DNA of 64,000 nucleotides from Candidatus Saccharimonadota bacterium (GTDB lineage Bacteria; Patescibacteriota; Saccharimonadia; Saccharimonadales; Saccharimonadaceae), in the NCBI GenBank assembly GCA_017447485.1, contig JAFSNI010000013.1:38063-102062 (forward strand), given 5' to 3'. A program made the position numbers and the translations under genes. Under the pieces are notes generated by a model that saw only the letters and a list, made by a program, of their open reading frames with translations, made no database searches and was not told where the DNA came from. Numbering within the stretch: position 1 is the first letter of the stretch; every line of letters starts with the position of its first letter. Positions 18,312-28,842 of this stretch are shown piece after piece.

Positions 18312-19517
18312 ATGAACCGAGTTCCCCTCGCCGAACGTATGCGCCCACAAAAGCTCGAAGACGTCTTAGGTCAAGACGACATTATCGGTGATGGCAAAAT
18401 TTTAACTGAAATCTTAAAAAAGGGCGAACCCGTTAATTTAATCTTTTGGGGGCCGCCCGGCACTGGCAAAACTACTCTCGCCCGCATTATGGCGCGCGAA
18501 TTTAAGGCCGATTTTGTCGAAATCTCCGCCGTCACCGCCGGCAAAAAAGACGTCGAAGAAGTCGTTAAGCGTGCCAAGACTAACTGGAACCTAAAAATCC
18601 GCACTGTGCTTTTTGTCGATGAAATCCACCGTTTCAACAAAGCCCAACAAGATGCATTTTTACCCCATGTCGAATCTGGCCTCATCACCTTAATCGGCGC
18701 CACCACCGAAAACCCCTCCTTCGAAGTTATCTCCCCGCTCCTCTCTCGCTCCCGCGTCATCATCGTTAAACCCCTTAAAAAAAGCGCCATTTTAGAGGTG
18801 CTCCATAAGACCATTATAGCACAGAATGTTAAAATTGTCAAGAGAGAGTCCAAAAAACCGCCTTTTATTACCGAAGAAGCCCTTGATTATCTCGCCGAAC
18901 TCTCTGGCGGCGACGCCCGCTCTTGTTTAGGCGACTTAGAGCTCGCTCTTTCCCTCACCGATAAAATCACCAAAGACACCATCATTGAGGCTGCCGGCAA
19001 AAAGCTCCCCGGCTACGACAAAAAGGGCGACAAACATTATGACACGATTTCTGCTTTCATTAAATCCATGCGCGGCTCCGACGTTGACGCCGCCCTTTAT
19101 TATCTCGCTCGCATGGTCAGGGCCGGCGAAGACCCGAAATTTATCGCTCGCCGCATGGTCATCTTCGCTTCTGAAGACATCGGCCTCGCCGGAAACGGCG
19201 CCCTGAGTCTCGCCACCGCTTGTTTTCAGGCCGTCGAGCGCGTCGGCATGCCCGAATCTGGCCTCATGCTCGCCCATACCGCCACCGCCCTCGCTCTCTC
19301 TAAAAAATCTCGTGCCACCACCGACGCTTGGTATGCCGCTCTCGACCTCGCCGATAAGACTATGAACGAACCTGTCCCGATTTGGCTCCGCAACGCCCCC
19401 ACTAAACTCATGAAAGACCTCGGTTTTGGCAAAGGCCAAAAATGGGAAGCCGGCTTTCACCTCGACAAAAACTATCTCCCAGATAGCATCAAGGGAACAA
19501 AAATATTCAAACAGTGA
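18312..19517 (+). CDS. rarA: Replication-associated recombination protein A
   Basis: PLAERMRP, GPPGTGKTT, DEIHRFNKAQQD, ISAFIKSMRGSD, ASEDIG. Confidence 0.96.
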   Translation: MNRVPLAERMRPQKLEDVLGQDDIIGDGKILTEILKKGEPVNLIFWGPPGTGKTTLARIMAREFKADFVEISAVTAGKKDVEEVVKRAKTNWNLKIRTVLFVDEIHRFNKAQQDAFLPHVESGLITLIGATTENPSFEVISPLLSRSRVIIVKPLKKSAILEVLHKTIIAQNVKIVKRESKKPPFITEEALDYLAELSGGDARSCLGDLELALSLTDKITKDTIIEAAGKKLPGYDKKGDKHYDTISAFIKSMRGSDVDAALYYLARMVRAGEDPKFIARRMVIFASEDIGLAGNGALSLATACFQAVERVGMPESGLMLAHTATALALSKKSRATTDAWYAALDLADKTMNEPVPIWLRNAPTKLMKDLGFGKGQKWEAGFHLDKNYLPDSIKGTKIFKQ

Positions 19518-19530
19518 TATAATATACGTT

Positions 19531-20841
19531 ATGGAAGATATAGTAAGTTTATGCAAACGCCGTGGCTTTATTTTTCCAGGTAGCGATGTCTATGGTGGCA
19601 TGGCTGGCACTTGGGACTATGGCCCGCTCGGCGTAACCCTTAAAAGAAAAATCAAACAAGCCTGGTGGGACTATTTCGTCGAAAATCGCGACGATATTTA
19701 TGGCATCGACGCTGCTATTATTATGAACCCGCGCACTTGGGTTGCTTCTGGCCACGCCGCCACTTTCTCTGACCCACTCGTCGAATGTAAAGAATGTCAT
19801 CAGCGTTTCCGCGCCGATAAAATCGCCGACGTTTCCGAAAAAGTCACGCCAGACGAATTTCGCGCCGCCCACGTCAAATGCCCGAATTGCGGCAAAGAAA
19901 ATTGGGACGACGTCAAACAATTCAATATGATGTTCACCACTCACGTCGGCTCAGTAGAAGACGATTCTTCAAAAGCCTACCTGCGCCCAGAAACCGCCCA
20001 AGGCATTTTCACAAATTACAAAAATGTCGTCGATACGATTTATCCAGATTTGCCGTTCGGCCTCGCCCAACAAGGCAAAGCCTTCCGCAATGAAATTTCC
20101 CCACGCGACTTTGTCTTTCGCTCCCGCGAATTTGAACAAATGGAAATCGAATATTTCGTCGACCCAACCACCTGGGAAGAAAACTTCGAAAAATTGCACA
20201 AAGCTTGCTACGATTTTCTTGAAAACAAAATGGGCTTGCCTAGCTCCATGATCCACGACCTCGAGGTCGCGCCAGAAGACCGCGCCCATTATTCTAAACG
20301 CACCATCGACGTCGAATTTGACTATCCAATCGGCCGCGAAGAACTCATGGGCATCGCCTATCGCACCGATTTTGACCTTGGGAATATTCAACGCGAATCT
20401 GGCAAAAATATGGAATATCGCGACAAAAACACCGGCGAAACTTTCGTTCCTCACGTCATTGAGCCAAGTTTCGGCGTTGAGCGTCTCGTCATGGCAGTGC
20501 TTACTTCCGCTTACACCGAAGATGATGTCAATGGCGAAAAACGCATCGTTTTGAAACTCCCAGAAAATCTTGCGCCATACCGCTTCTGCGTTTCGCCACT
20601 CCTCAAGAACAAACCAGAACTCGTCGCAAAAGCTAAAGAAGTTTATAAAAAACTTCGCGAAAAATACACCAATGTTACTTGGGACGATTCCGGCAACATC
20701 GGCAAACGCTATCGCAAACAAGATGAGATCGGCACCCCAAAGTGCATCGTGATCGACTTTGACACGCTAGAGGACAACACCGTCACCGTCCGCGACCGCG
20801 ACACAACCGGGCAGGTCCGCGTTGATATAAATATGTTATAA
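19531..20841 (+). CDS. glyQS: Glycine--tRNA ligase, homodimeric (alpha2) type
   Basis: LCKRRGF, YLRPETAQGIF, GKAFRNEI, REFEQME, IEPSFG; start taken at ATG 19531. Confidence 0.96.
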   Translation: MEDIVSLCKRRGFIFPGSDVYGGMAGTWDYGPLGVTLKRKIKQAWWDYFVENRDDIYGIDAAIIMNPRTWVASGHAATFSDPLVECKECHQRFRADKIADVSEKVTPDEFRAAHVKCPNCGKENWDDVKQFNMMFTTHVGSVEDDSSKAYLRPETAQGIFTNYKNVVDTIYPDLPFGLAQQGKAFRNEISPRDFVFRSREFEQMEIEYFVDPTTWEENFEKLHKACYDFLENKMGLPSSMIHDLEVAPEDRAHYSKRTIDVEFDYPIGREELMGIAYRTDFDLGNIQRESGKNMEYRDKNTGETFVPHVIEPSFGVERLVMAVLTSAYTEDDVNGEKRIVLKLPENLAPYRFCVSPLLKNKPELVAKAKEVYKKLREKYTNVTWDDSGNIGKRYRKQDEIGTPKCIVIDFDTLEDNTVTVRDRDTTGQVRVDINML

Positions 20842-20865
20842 TAATATATATAATAAGGAGATATT

Positions 20866-21393
20866 ATGGCAGACTTTAATAAAGTTTTGACCCCAGGGGA
20901 TTATGAAAATGGCGAACTGAACGTCGTCATTGAAATCCCGACTGGCAGCAATCATAAAATCGAATGGGATCGCGAACACGCTTGCTTTATGCTCGACCGC
21001 GTTGAGCCAATGGCTTTTGCCAAACCATGCAACTACGGTTTTATTCCACAAACTATCGATGAAGACGGCGACGAACTCGACGTTCTCATGATCACCGACC
21101 AGCCTCTTATGACCGGCATTTGGATGAAAGCCAAAATCCTTGGCGTTATGAAATTCGTCGACGGCGGCGAAGTTGATGATAAAATCATCTGCGTCCCAGC
21201 CGACGACCGCAACAACGGAGACTGCTACAACTCGCTCGAAGATTTGCCAAAGCAAACTTTAAAACAAATCGAGTTCCACTTTAACCACTACAAAGATTTG
21301 AAGAAGCCAGGTAGCACGGAAGTTAAAGCCTTCGAAGGTCTCGATTCCGCGAAAAAAGTTATCGCCGACGCCATCGCCCGTTTCAAGGCTTAA
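20866..21393 (+). CDS. ppa: Inorganic pyrophosphatase (family I)
   Basis: NYGFIPQT, DGDELDV, DDKII, FNHYKDL. Confidence 0.95.
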   Translation: MADFNKVLTPGDYENGELNVVIEIPTGSNHKIEWDREHACFMLDRVEPMAFAKPCNYGFIPQTIDEDGDELDVLMITDQPLMTGIWMKAKILGVMKFVDGGEVDDKIICVPADDRNNGDCYNSLEDLPKQTLKQIEFHFNHYKDLKKPGSTEVKAFEGLDSAKKVIADAIARFKA

Positions 21394-21394
21394 T

Positions 21395-21426
21395 AAAAAA
21401 ATAACCCCGAAAGGGGTTATTTTTTT
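21395..21426. terminator. Bidirectional terminator between convergent genes
   Basis: aaaaaaataacccc-gaaa-ggggttatttttt. Confidence 0.85.
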
Positions 21427-21919
21427 ATTCAGTTATTTCTTCTTCCGTTTCTTCTAGAAGCGTTCCCGCCGCTCGCATATTTTCAATCGTCTCTTGCATC
21501 TCCTCCACCGTCAAACCTTTATACTGCCCCGCCGCCACTTTAAAAATAATATAACGCCCGTTCAAAGTCTTACTCTCTGCCCAATCTTTTTCATCAAGCG
21601 TAATATTTTCATCCGCCGTCTTCGCTTCATCTTCGGTCTGATACTCAAAATAAATCTCCATCTTGGTGATATTTTTACCGTTATGATAATATATAATCCG
21701 CGTCACTTCCGGCTCATACTCGCTATCTTCAAACGATGTCATGTCCGCACCCATCGCCACTACCAGCCGATTATCGCCCGGCTCAAAAATCGTCTCGTCC
21801 ACCGCCCGATTCCTACCGCCCAAACTCAAAGCAATCACCACCGCCAGTATCACCACGGCCGCCGCAAGCACTGCGCCGATTATTCTTTTTTGCCTTTGTC
21901 TTACCCTTCTTCTTTCCAT
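21425..21919 (-). CDS. Hypothetical single-TM exported protein
   Basis: Basic N-terminus, TM helix, acidic globular domain. Confidence 0.7.
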   Translation of the reverse strand: MERRRVRQRQKRIIGAVLAAAVVILAVVIALSLGGRNRAVDETIFEPGDNRLVVAMGADMTSFEDSEYEPEVTRIIYYHNGKNITKMEIYFEYQTEDEAKTADENITLDEKDWAESKTLNGRYIIFKVAAGQYKGLTVEEMQETIENMRAAGTLLEETEEEITE

Positions 21920-21948
21920 CTTGCTCCTTTCTTCTATTTTACCATAAT

Positions 21949-22623
21949 CTAAATCATTTTGCTCGTAATTCGCGCAAATCTTAAAATCACCGGCAAACTT
22001 TTTTCAACATTTTTTACCCGCGCCACCGCCGCGAGTTCCATCACTAGCATCAATCGCATAATTTTAATTTCATCTTCGCCATATTCACCTTGCACATTCG
22101 GCAAAAACGCATTTTCCATCGCCATAAAACTATACCGTTCTCCCGCCCGCAACTTTTCCCCACCCACATCACGATATAAGTTTACTTCTTCCCCCAGCGT
22201 CTTTGATAGATTTATTAAAAACCAACTCTCCACTAGCTCCGACGCCACCCCCGCATTCAGTCCCTTTAGGCAACTGTCAGCCAGTTTAAAATACTCCGGC
22301 GCGTCCGAACTCTCCGCCGCGAGGCTAATCTTCTTCAAAATCATCGCCGCGAGCTCCATTTTCCCAAAATCCGCCAAAATATTTCCGTAATAAGCCAGCA
22401 TTTTCGCCCCCGTCACCGTCGCCATTTCGCTTTTCCCAAAATGCAAATTCAACTCCGTCAGCGAAAACATCTCCACCCCACCCGCCAACTTTGACTTCTC
22501 TTTCCGCACCCCCTTCGCAATCGCCGACATTTTCCCTTCCGGCGTAATCAAATTCAAAATCCGGTCCGCCTCGCCAAAGTTCGTCCGCCTCAGCACATAA
22601 GCCAAAGTTTTAACGTCTCGCAT
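21949..22623 (-). CDS. recO: DNA repair protein RecO
   Basis: VLRRTNFGEADRILNLITPEGKMSAIAKGVRK; start uncertain (22623 chosen). Confidence 0.92.
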   Translation of the reverse strand: MRDVKTLAYVLRRTNFGEADRILNLITPEGKMSAIAKGVRKEKSKLAGGVEMFSLTELNLHFGKSEMATVTGAKMLAYYGNILADFGKMELAAMILKKISLAAESSDAPEYFKLADSCLKGLNAGVASELVESWFLINLSKTLGEEVNLYRDVGGEKLRAGERYSFMAMENAFLPNVQGEYGEDEIKIMRLMLVMELAAVARVKNVEKSLPVILRFARITSKMI

Positions 22624-22969
22624 ATTTTTCGGCATAGCCCTTAACATCCTCCGGCGTCATTTTACTTTTATCTAGCACCCCCACCACCCCATACTCTCTC
22701 AAATCTTCCTCCCGAAATTCCAGCGACGAAATTATCACCACCGGAATTTTCATCGTGTCTGAATACGAAATCATTTCATTCAAAAACGTAAACCCGTCCG
22801 GCCCAGTCAGCATCACGTCTAAAAATATCATCTCCGGCAGCCCCTCGGACAGAGCTTCCATCGCCAAAATCGCGTCGCCAAAAATCCGCGACGAAAACCC
22901 CGCCTTCTCGCAAGCCCTCGCCACGCACCTCGCCATCACCATATCATCATCAATTATAAAAATCATCAA
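22610..22969 (-). CDS. Single-domain response regulator
   Basis: IIDDD, LDVML.GPDG, IPVVIISS, K. Confidence 0.88.
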   Translation of the reverse strand: MMIFIIDDDMVMARCVARACEKAGFSSRIFGDAILAMEALSEGLPEMIFLDVMLTGPDGFTFLNEMISYSDTMKIPVVIISSLEFREEDLREYGVVGVLDKSKMTPEDVKGYAEKYARR

Positions 22970-23648
22970 ATAAACTCGCCTGTTTAGATTTCAAAAGCTC
23001 CACATAAAAACTCGTTCCGTCCCGGTGTCGCACCGCTCCCACGTTTGCATTCATATACCTAGAAAACCGCGACGCAATGAACAGCCCCAGCCCAGAAGAC
23101 CCTGGCCGCATCGCAATCGCCTTCGGCCGCTCGATAAACCCCCTCTTCATCTCGCGCCAAATCCCCATCGGTAGCGCCGGCCCAAAGTCCCGAATGTCCA
23201 CCCGCACTTTGTCCCGCACCTCACGCACCGTCAACCTCGCCTCCGTCCCTTCCCCCGCATAATGCATCGCATTCAACAAAAAATTATACACCACACTATG
23301 AAGAAGCTCCCGATTCGCCACCACCAACCCATTCCGACATTTATAACACACCGAAAGTTCCCGCCCATTTTCCCGGAACAAATACGAAAGTTCTCGCGAA
23401 ACCTCATCACAAACCGACTTTACCGCCACCGGTTCCATCTCAAACAGACCGTCCTCCAGTCGTCGCACTTTCGCGAGATCGTTCACCTGCCGAATTGCTC
23501 GTTCCGACACTTCCACCATCTCCCCCCGAATCCGCTCCCCCTCCGCGTCCATCTCATCAAAAGACAGCGCCAACTGCCGAAGCGTCGCCAGCGGCCCTTT
23601 CAGCTCGTGCGCCGCCACCAAAATACCGTCAAAACCTCCACTGTCCAT
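22950..23648 (-). CDS. Histidine kinase (HisKA + HATPase_c, no sensor domain)
   Basis: AHELKGPL, NFLLNAMHY, DFGP, GLGLFIA. Confidence 0.85.
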   Translation of the reverse strand: MDSGGFDGILVAAHELKGPLATLRQLALSFDEMDAEGERIRGEMVEVSERAIRQVNDLAKVRRLEDGLFEMEPVAVKSVCDEVSRELSYLFRENGRELSVCYKCRNGLVVANRELLHSVVYNFLLNAMHYAGEGTEARLTVREVRDKVRVDIRDFGPALPMGIWREMKRGFIERPKAIAMRPGSSGLGLFIASRFSRYMNANVGAVRHRDGTSFYVELLKSKQASLFDDFYN

Positions 23649-23664
23649 ACCCCCATTATAACAC

Positions 23665-24375
23665 CTACGCGTTAAATTTCACAGTCGAAAGAATCGTATT
23701 AAAGTCGTCCACCAGAAGCGCCGAATCCGTCCGGAGCACCGCCGTCTTGTCGCGAATCTTAAAAATCACAATCACCCCGTTCAGCTCCGTATTCGGGATT
23801 TTCCCCGTATAGCGGTTCGCTGTCGTGCCGTCCACCGTCGTCGTCTCCACGCTGAGCTCCCCCTTATCCAAATACCGTTGATATTCACTCACCACGCTCT
23901 CAAAATCCTTATCCCGAATCGTCACCCTGAGCGCATAAACCGTCGACTCCGACACCGGCTCAATCTCAATCGGGTTCAAATACGACACAAAATCTCCGCC
24001 TTTCGACGCATCCGAAGCTATATAAACACTCCAGCTCTTCGGATATTCAAACGACAATTGTCCATAATCCGTCGGCCCCGTGAAAGTCCGCGTGTCCTTT
24101 TTCGCCTCTTCCGCATCCGCCAAGGCCTGTTCCGTCTTTGCCTCGCTCACCGCCTCATCGATTTTCAGATTCACACTTTCATCCAACTCGGCATATTCCA
24201 TCCTCGACCAAATAAACAGCCCGGCAAACGTCACTGCGGTTATCAAGAACAAAATCGCCATAATAATCCCCACCACACCGCTCTTATTTTTCTCTTTCCC
24301 AGCCGCAACCGGCGCCGCCACCGCAGGCGCTACTGATAAAGGTTGTTGAACTGGTGACATCTGGTTGTTATTCAT
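23665..24375 (-). CDS. Hypothetical TM-anchored protein with PsbP-like C-terminal domain
   Basis: TM, coiled stretch, SFEYPKSW...FNTILSTVKF. Confidence 0.65.
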   Translation of the reverse strand: MNNNQMSPVQQPLSVAPAVAAPVAAGKEKNKSGVVGIIMAILFLITAVTFAGLFIWSRMEYAELDESVNLKIDEAVSEAKTEQALADAEEAKKDTRTFTGPTDYGQLSFEYPKSWSVYIASDASKGGDFVSYLNPIEIEPVSESTVYALRVTIRDKDFESVVSEYQRYLDKGELSVETTTVDGTTANRYTGKIPNTELNGVIVIFKIRDKTAVLRTDSALLVDDFNTILSTVKFNA

Positions 24376-24390
24376 AAGCCTATTATACCA

Positions 24391-24591
24391 TTATTTACTA
24401 AAATCTTCAGCTAAAACTTCAATTTCGTTCTTGAGTTCCGTCAAATCTTTTTCAATTTCTTTCGCCAGCCCCGCCGCCTCACGATAATTCTCAACCGCCT
24501 CCTCAAGTTTAAACTCGTCCGAATAAAACCACTCGACTTTTTTATCCAGTTCCGCAATTTTTTCATTCAAACTTTTTTTCGTTTCACTCAT
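24391..24591 (-). CDS. xseB: Exodeoxyribonuclease VII small subunit
   Basis: 66-aa coiled protein with LEEAVENYREA, directly after xseA. Confidence 0.85.
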   Translation of the reverse strand: MSETKKSLNEKIAELDKKVEWFYSDEFKLEEAVENYREAAGLAKEIEKDLTELKNEIEVLAEDFSK

Positions 24592-25753
24592 CTTTTTTCC
24601 TTTCTTTAACTTCTTGCACCAATGTTATAATTTCCGATTCATAGGTTGTAATTTTTACAACATTTCCCGGCGACACTTTACCCGCCAAAATCGCATAGCC
24701 TTGCCGCAACACTACCTCTGGATTTAGCGCCTCCAGCATCAAAATCTTCTGTTTCACATAATTTTCTTTTAATTCAAATTCGCGTTTTATGTTTTTCAAA
24801 ACGTCAGTTATGATTTTTTGAACTTCCGCGAGCTTCGGCTCGATATATTTCGCGAGCAGCCCCCGCGAGACTTTTTCCACTTTCTCCCGGTTCGCGCTCT
24901 CCGCATTATCCACTTCCTCAAGAACTTTATTCGCCACTTGTCGCATATTGCCTTTGAGGGCTGCCTTCACCACTTTTCGGTCTGGCGTCAACATTTCCGC
25001 CGCGTTCGACGGCGTCGAAGCCCGCACGTCGCACGCCAAATCGCACAAAGACTCATCCACTTCATGTCCAATTCCGCAAATCACCGGAATCTTCGAGGCC
25101 GCCACCGCCCGCACTAATTTCTCGTCGTTAAAGCAAGACAAATCGTCCGCCGAGCCCCCGCCGCGCAAAATCGCAATCATCTGCACGTCGCCCCGCTCGT
25201 TAAAATACTGCAAAGCTTTAATAATTTGGTCCGGCGCGTCCATTCCCTGCACCTGTGTATGCGCCGTAAAAACTTTCATCCCGCCCCACCGCGCGTTAAT
25301 AATCTTCACAAAATCCGCATACCCGGCAGCCTGAGTCGACGAAATCACCCCCAGCCGCGTCAAATCTTCCGGAATCCCTCGCTTTTTCGCCGGGTCAAAC
25401 AGCCCTTCCCCCGCCAACTTTTTCTTTAGCATCTCAAACGCTTTTTTCAGGCTCCCTTCACCCACCGGCTGCACCGCCGACACCGTCAACGAAAACTTCC
25501 CCCACTTCGTCAACTTCGGCGTTCCCCGCACCACCACCTTCATCCCGTCTTCTAGCGGTTGCCGAAGTGACCATAGCGTCATAAAACACGGCACACTCGA
25601 TTCCTCGTCCTTCAAATCAAAAAACACCCACTTTCCTTGATTCACCTTAAAACTCGCCACTTCGCCCGTAATCTCCACCGCCTCGTAATTCATCTCCAGC
25701 GTATCATTGATAATAGAAACAAAATCCGAAACCGAGAGCGGCTGACTAGTCAT
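24584..25753 (-). CDS. xseA: Exodeoxyribonuclease VII large subunit
   Basis: GEVASF, FDLKD, RGGGS, GIGHEVD, TPSNAAE; start taken at MTSQP. Confidence 0.95.
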   Translation of the reverse strand: MTSQPLSVSDFVSIINDTLEMNYEAVEITGEVASFKVNQGKWVFFDLKDEESSVPCFMTLWSLRQPLEDGMKVVVRGTPKLTKWGKFSLTVSAVQPVGEGSLKKAFEMLKKKLAGEGLFDPAKKRGIPEDLTRLGVISSTQAAGYADFVKIINARWGGMKVFTAHTQVQGMDAPDQIIKALQYFNERGDVQMIAILRGGGSADDLSCFNDEKLVRAVAASKIPVICGIGHEVDESLCDLACDVRASTPSNAAEMLTPDRKVVKAALKGNMRQVANKVLEEVDNAESANREKVEKVSRGLLAKYIEPKLAEVQKIITDVLKNIKREFELKENYVKQKILMLEALNPEVVLRQGYAILAGKVSPGNVVKITTYESEIITLVQEVKERKKDE

Positions 25754-26798
25754 TTTTCCCTCGAATCGCTTGATTATACGGCCAGTACCCCGTCGCAATC
25801 GTAAATATCAGCGACAACGCCCGCGCCATCACCACCACAATCAGCGACATTGCCACCGCCTCTTCGCTCCCGCCCAGCATAATCCCCATCACCCCTACCA
25901 TGCCAAGCTCATACGGCCCATACGGCACAATCCCGTCAAACACCGACCCAATCGCCTCGCCCACCATAATCACCGGCAAAATCTCCGGCCGCCCCAGCGA
26001 TATCGCCACAATCCAATATACCCCAATCTCGCACAAGCTATAAATCACGCCCCAAATCGTCGGCCGAACCAGCGACTTTTTGTCCTTTCGCGCCATTTTC
26101 ACGCAATCGTGAATACTCAGCAGATAATTCTGGATTTTATCATGCCTAACCATGTGATTACGATGCCCCAGCGTTATTATTTTAGTTACGAGATTCATCA
26201 CTTTTTCCACAATCCGCCCGAAAAAGTCAATCCGCTTTTTACTACTCGCCACATAAATCACTAGCCCCAACACAATAAACACCCCCATATTCATCAGCAG
26301 CGACACCCAAATAATCCAAGTGGCTTCCTCTGGAATCACGCCGAGCACCAGCAAAATCAAAATCGCCACCAGCGCCTGCAGATAATTCACCACCGTCGTA
26401 ATCGCATAGCGAAAAATATACAAAAAGCTCGCCTGCCCCGCTGTAATATCAAATTGGCGCAAACGATATGTCAGATACGCCAGTCCCCCAAGACTTCCCG
26501 CCGGCACCGCCCGGTTCACAAAGTTCAGCTCCGTCGAAATCTTCAACTTCTCCTTCCAGCCAAACATCTTATGTAATTTCTTTTCAAGATACGAAAAGAA
26601 AATCTGCCCACAGGCAAAATACATGAAAAGTTGCTCCGGGATTAAAAGAACCAGCACGAAGATATTCGCTTGGTCGAGATTATTAAACGTCGCCACGAAC
26701 CCGTCCCAGTTCTCATAAACCACATAGCCAACCAGCGCCACCGTCGCAATCGAAATCAACGTCCGCCACGGGAACTTAAAGCTCTTTTTTCTAGCCAT
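25746..26798 (-). CDS. Lysylphosphatidylglycerol synthase-TM / flippase-like membrane protein
   Basis: Multi-TM; FVNRAVPAGSLGG and PYGPYE motifs of the UPF0104 family. Confidence 0.75.
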   Translation of the reverse strand: MARKKSFKFPWRTLISIATVALVGYVVYENWDGFVATFNNLDQANIFVLVLLIPEQLFMYFACGQIFFSYLEKKLHKMFGWKEKLKISTELNFVNRAVPAGSLGGLAYLTYRLRQFDITAGQASFLYIFRYAITTVVNYLQALVAILILLVLGVIPEEATWIIWVSLLMNMGVFIVLGLVIYVASSKKRIDFFGRIVEKVMNLVTKIITLGHRNHMVRHDKIQNYLLSIHDCVKMARKDKKSLVRPTIWGVIYSLCEIGVYWIVAISLGRPEILPVIMVGEAIGSVFDGIVPYGPYELGMVGVMGIMLGGSEEAVAMSLIVVVMARALSLIFTIATGYWPYNQAIRGKND

Positions 26799-26823
26799 AA
26801 AAACATTATAGCACAATCCGTGA

Positions 26824-26841
26824 TATAATTAGCGTATGAAG
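26824..26841 (+). repeat. 18-bp inverted repeat, left copy (promoter -10 + start of rnhA)
   Basis: TATAATTAGCGTATGAAG; exact reverse complement at 29878-29895. Confidence 0.8.
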
Positions 26842-27273
26842 ATTTTGTGGACTGATGGCAGCGCTGAACCGAATCCTGGACCAGGCGGGTTTGCCGTGAT
26901 TGAAGATTTAGGCGATAAAGCTAAAGTGGTTGCTCTAGGGCAAGATGACGACACTACCAACATTCGCATGGAGGGTTTTGCGCTCCTCACGGCGATTGAA
27001 TATGCTGGCGCAGAAGGTTGCGAAATCCATACCGATTCCGAATTTTGGGTTAAAGTTTTGACGGAATGGGCGCCAGGATGGGAACGGCTCGGCTGGAAAA
27101 AAGCGCGCGGGCCAATTAAAAATCTCGATCTAGTCAAAAAACTTTACGGATTATATACGAGATATCCGGTGCGTTTGGTTTGGGAGCGTGGACACGTCGG
27201 CACAGAGCTTAATGAAATGGCCGACGAATGGGCAGACAAAGCCCGTAAAGGTGCAAAACTGTCCGAGATGTGA
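26836..27273 (+). CDS. rnhA: Ribonuclease HI
   Basis: TDGSAEPNPGPGG, TTNIRME, TDSEF, KNLDL, GHVG..NEMAD. Confidence 0.95.
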   Translation: MKILWTDGSAEPNPGPGGFAVIEDLGDKAKVVALGQDDDTTNIRMEGFALLTAIEYAGAEGCEIHTDSEFWVKVLTEWAPGWERLGWKKARGPIKNLDLVKKLYGLYTRYPVRLVWERGHVGTELNEMADEWADKARKGAKLSEM

Positions 27274-27285
27274 TATATTATATAT

Positions 27286-28533
27286 ATGAAATTATCAGAG
27301 GAACTAATTTATCGTGGCTTTAAGGCCGAAACTACTATTGAAAATCCGGCAGATTTAGATACGCGCGAGAATAAAAAGTTTTATTGGGGCGCGGATCCTT
27401 CGGCGGATTCTTTGACAATTGGGAATTTGGCGGCGCTCATGATGTGTGCTTGTTTTGCGCGACATGGTTACGAACCATATTTGTTAATTGGCGGCGCTAC
27501 TGGCCAAATTGGTGACCCAAAAGAAAATGGCGAGCGCGATTTAAAATCGCTTGATGAAGTCAACCACAATAAAAATTGCATTCATGACCAAGTCGAAAAA
27601 ATTATCAATCGCGTCGGTAATACTTCTTCTGTCACCATGGTTGACAATTACGATTGGTTTAAGGATATGAATTATCTTGCGTTCTTGCGTGAAGTTGGCA
27701 AAAACTTTTCCATGACGCAGTTGCTTGATCGGCAATTTGTGCAAAATCGGATTGGTGAAGGCGGCTCCGGGATTTCTTACGCCGAGTTTTCTTATACTTT
27801 AATTCAGGGTTACGATTTTTTGCACCTTTTCCGCGCGCATGATGTCCGAATGCAACTTTGTGGGGCTGACCAATTTGGCAACTGCACCACTGGTATGCAT
27901 CTTATCAAACGCCTTGAAAATGCCGATGCGGATGTTTGGAGTACTCCACTCGTGATTGATCCAGTAACTGGACGGAAGTTTGGCAAGTCTGAAGGCAACG
28001 CGATTTGGCTTGCTAGCTCTGATAATGGTGGCGGAAATTACACTTCGATTTTCGATTTCTATCAATTTTGGCTGAACCAGCCAGACGAATCGGTTGAATA
28101 CTTAATTAAAATCTACACGATTTTAGAGCCAGCAGAAATTGACGACATTTTAAGACGTCATTCCCTCGAGCCAGAAAAACGTATTGCGCAAAAAGCTTTG
28201 GCGCGTGGTGCTACAGAGGTAGTGCACGGCAAAGATAACGCCGCTGCGGTAGAAAATCTAACGGAAACATTATTCTCTCGCGATACGGATTTCTCGACCT
28301 TTTCGGAAGATGAGCTGACTGAATTTGCCGCTTATCTGCCAGTGGTTGCTAAAGGTACTAATCTCGTAGATATTTTGACTTTGACTGGCCTTGCAGAATC
28401 AAAGAAAAAAGCGCGCGAATTTATTAAACAAGGCGCAATTTCAATTAACGGCACAAAAGTTACGGAAGAAATTGACATAAATCAAGTTGCAATTATCAAA
28501 AAAGGTAAAAACAAGTTCGTAATTGTAAAATAA
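27286..28533 (+). CDS. tyrS: Tyrosine--tRNA ligase
   Basis: GADPSADSLTIGN, EFSYTLIQGYDF, GADQFGN, KFGKSEG, C-terminal S4 domain. Confidence 0.97.
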   Translation: MKLSEELIYRGFKAETTIENPADLDTRENKKFYWGADPSADSLTIGNLAALMMCACFARHGYEPYLLIGGATGQIGDPKENGERDLKSLDEVNHNKNCIHDQVEKIINRVGNTSSVTMVDNYDWFKDMNYLAFLREVGKNFSMTQLLDRQFVQNRIGEGGSGISYAEFSYTLIQGYDFLHLFRAHDVRMQLCGADQFGNCTTGMHLIKRLENADADVWSTPLVIDPVTGRKFGKSEGNAIWLASSDNGGGNYTSIFDFYQFWLNQPDESVEYLIKIYTILEPAEIDDILRRHSLEPEKRIAQKALARGATEVVHGKDNAAAVENLTETLFSRDTDFSTFSEDELTEFAAYLPVVAKGTNLVDILTLTGLAESKKKAREFIKQGAISINGTKVTEEIDINQVAIIKKGKNKFVIVK

Positions 28534-28561
28534 AAAATAACCCCTTTAAGGGGTTATTTTT
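28533..28561. terminator. Bidirectional terminator (tyrS / rpmA)
   Basis: aaaaataacccct-tta-aggggttattttt. Confidence 0.85.
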
Positions 28562-28569
28562 GGGCTTGT

Positions 28570-28842
28570 TTAGCGGACTTCTACGCGAACTCTCGGCAAA
28601 CTCTTGCCAGAGAAATGCGTTTTCTTGGTTTTGACGAAAGCAACAACGCCGTCTTTTGCCGCATGAATGGTGAAATTGCGCGACATGTAGGTTCCTGGGC
28701 CAGCAAGTTTCGTGGCACCAGTTTGACGAACAAGAACTTCGCCGTTTTTAACTTTTTGGCCACCAAAGCGCTTGACGCCGAGGCGCTGGCCAGCATTATT
28801 ATGGACGTTTTTGGCGGTACCGCCAGCTTTTACGTGTGACAT
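28570..28842 (-). CDS. rpmA: 50S ribosomal protein L27
   Basis: MSHVKAGG...RLGVKRFGGQ.V..GEVLVRQ. Confidence 0.95.
   Translation of the reverse strand: MSHVKAGGTAKNVHNNAGQRLGVKRFGGQKVKNGEVLVRQTGATKLAGPGTYMSRNFTIHAAKDGVVAFVKTKKTHFSGKSLPRVRVEVR

Noticed and set aside
22610-23648. Sensor-less kinase as a truncated pseudogene
   Set aside because: It has its own -10/ATG, intact catalytic motifs and overlaps the response regulator gene, so it looks like an intact compact pair.
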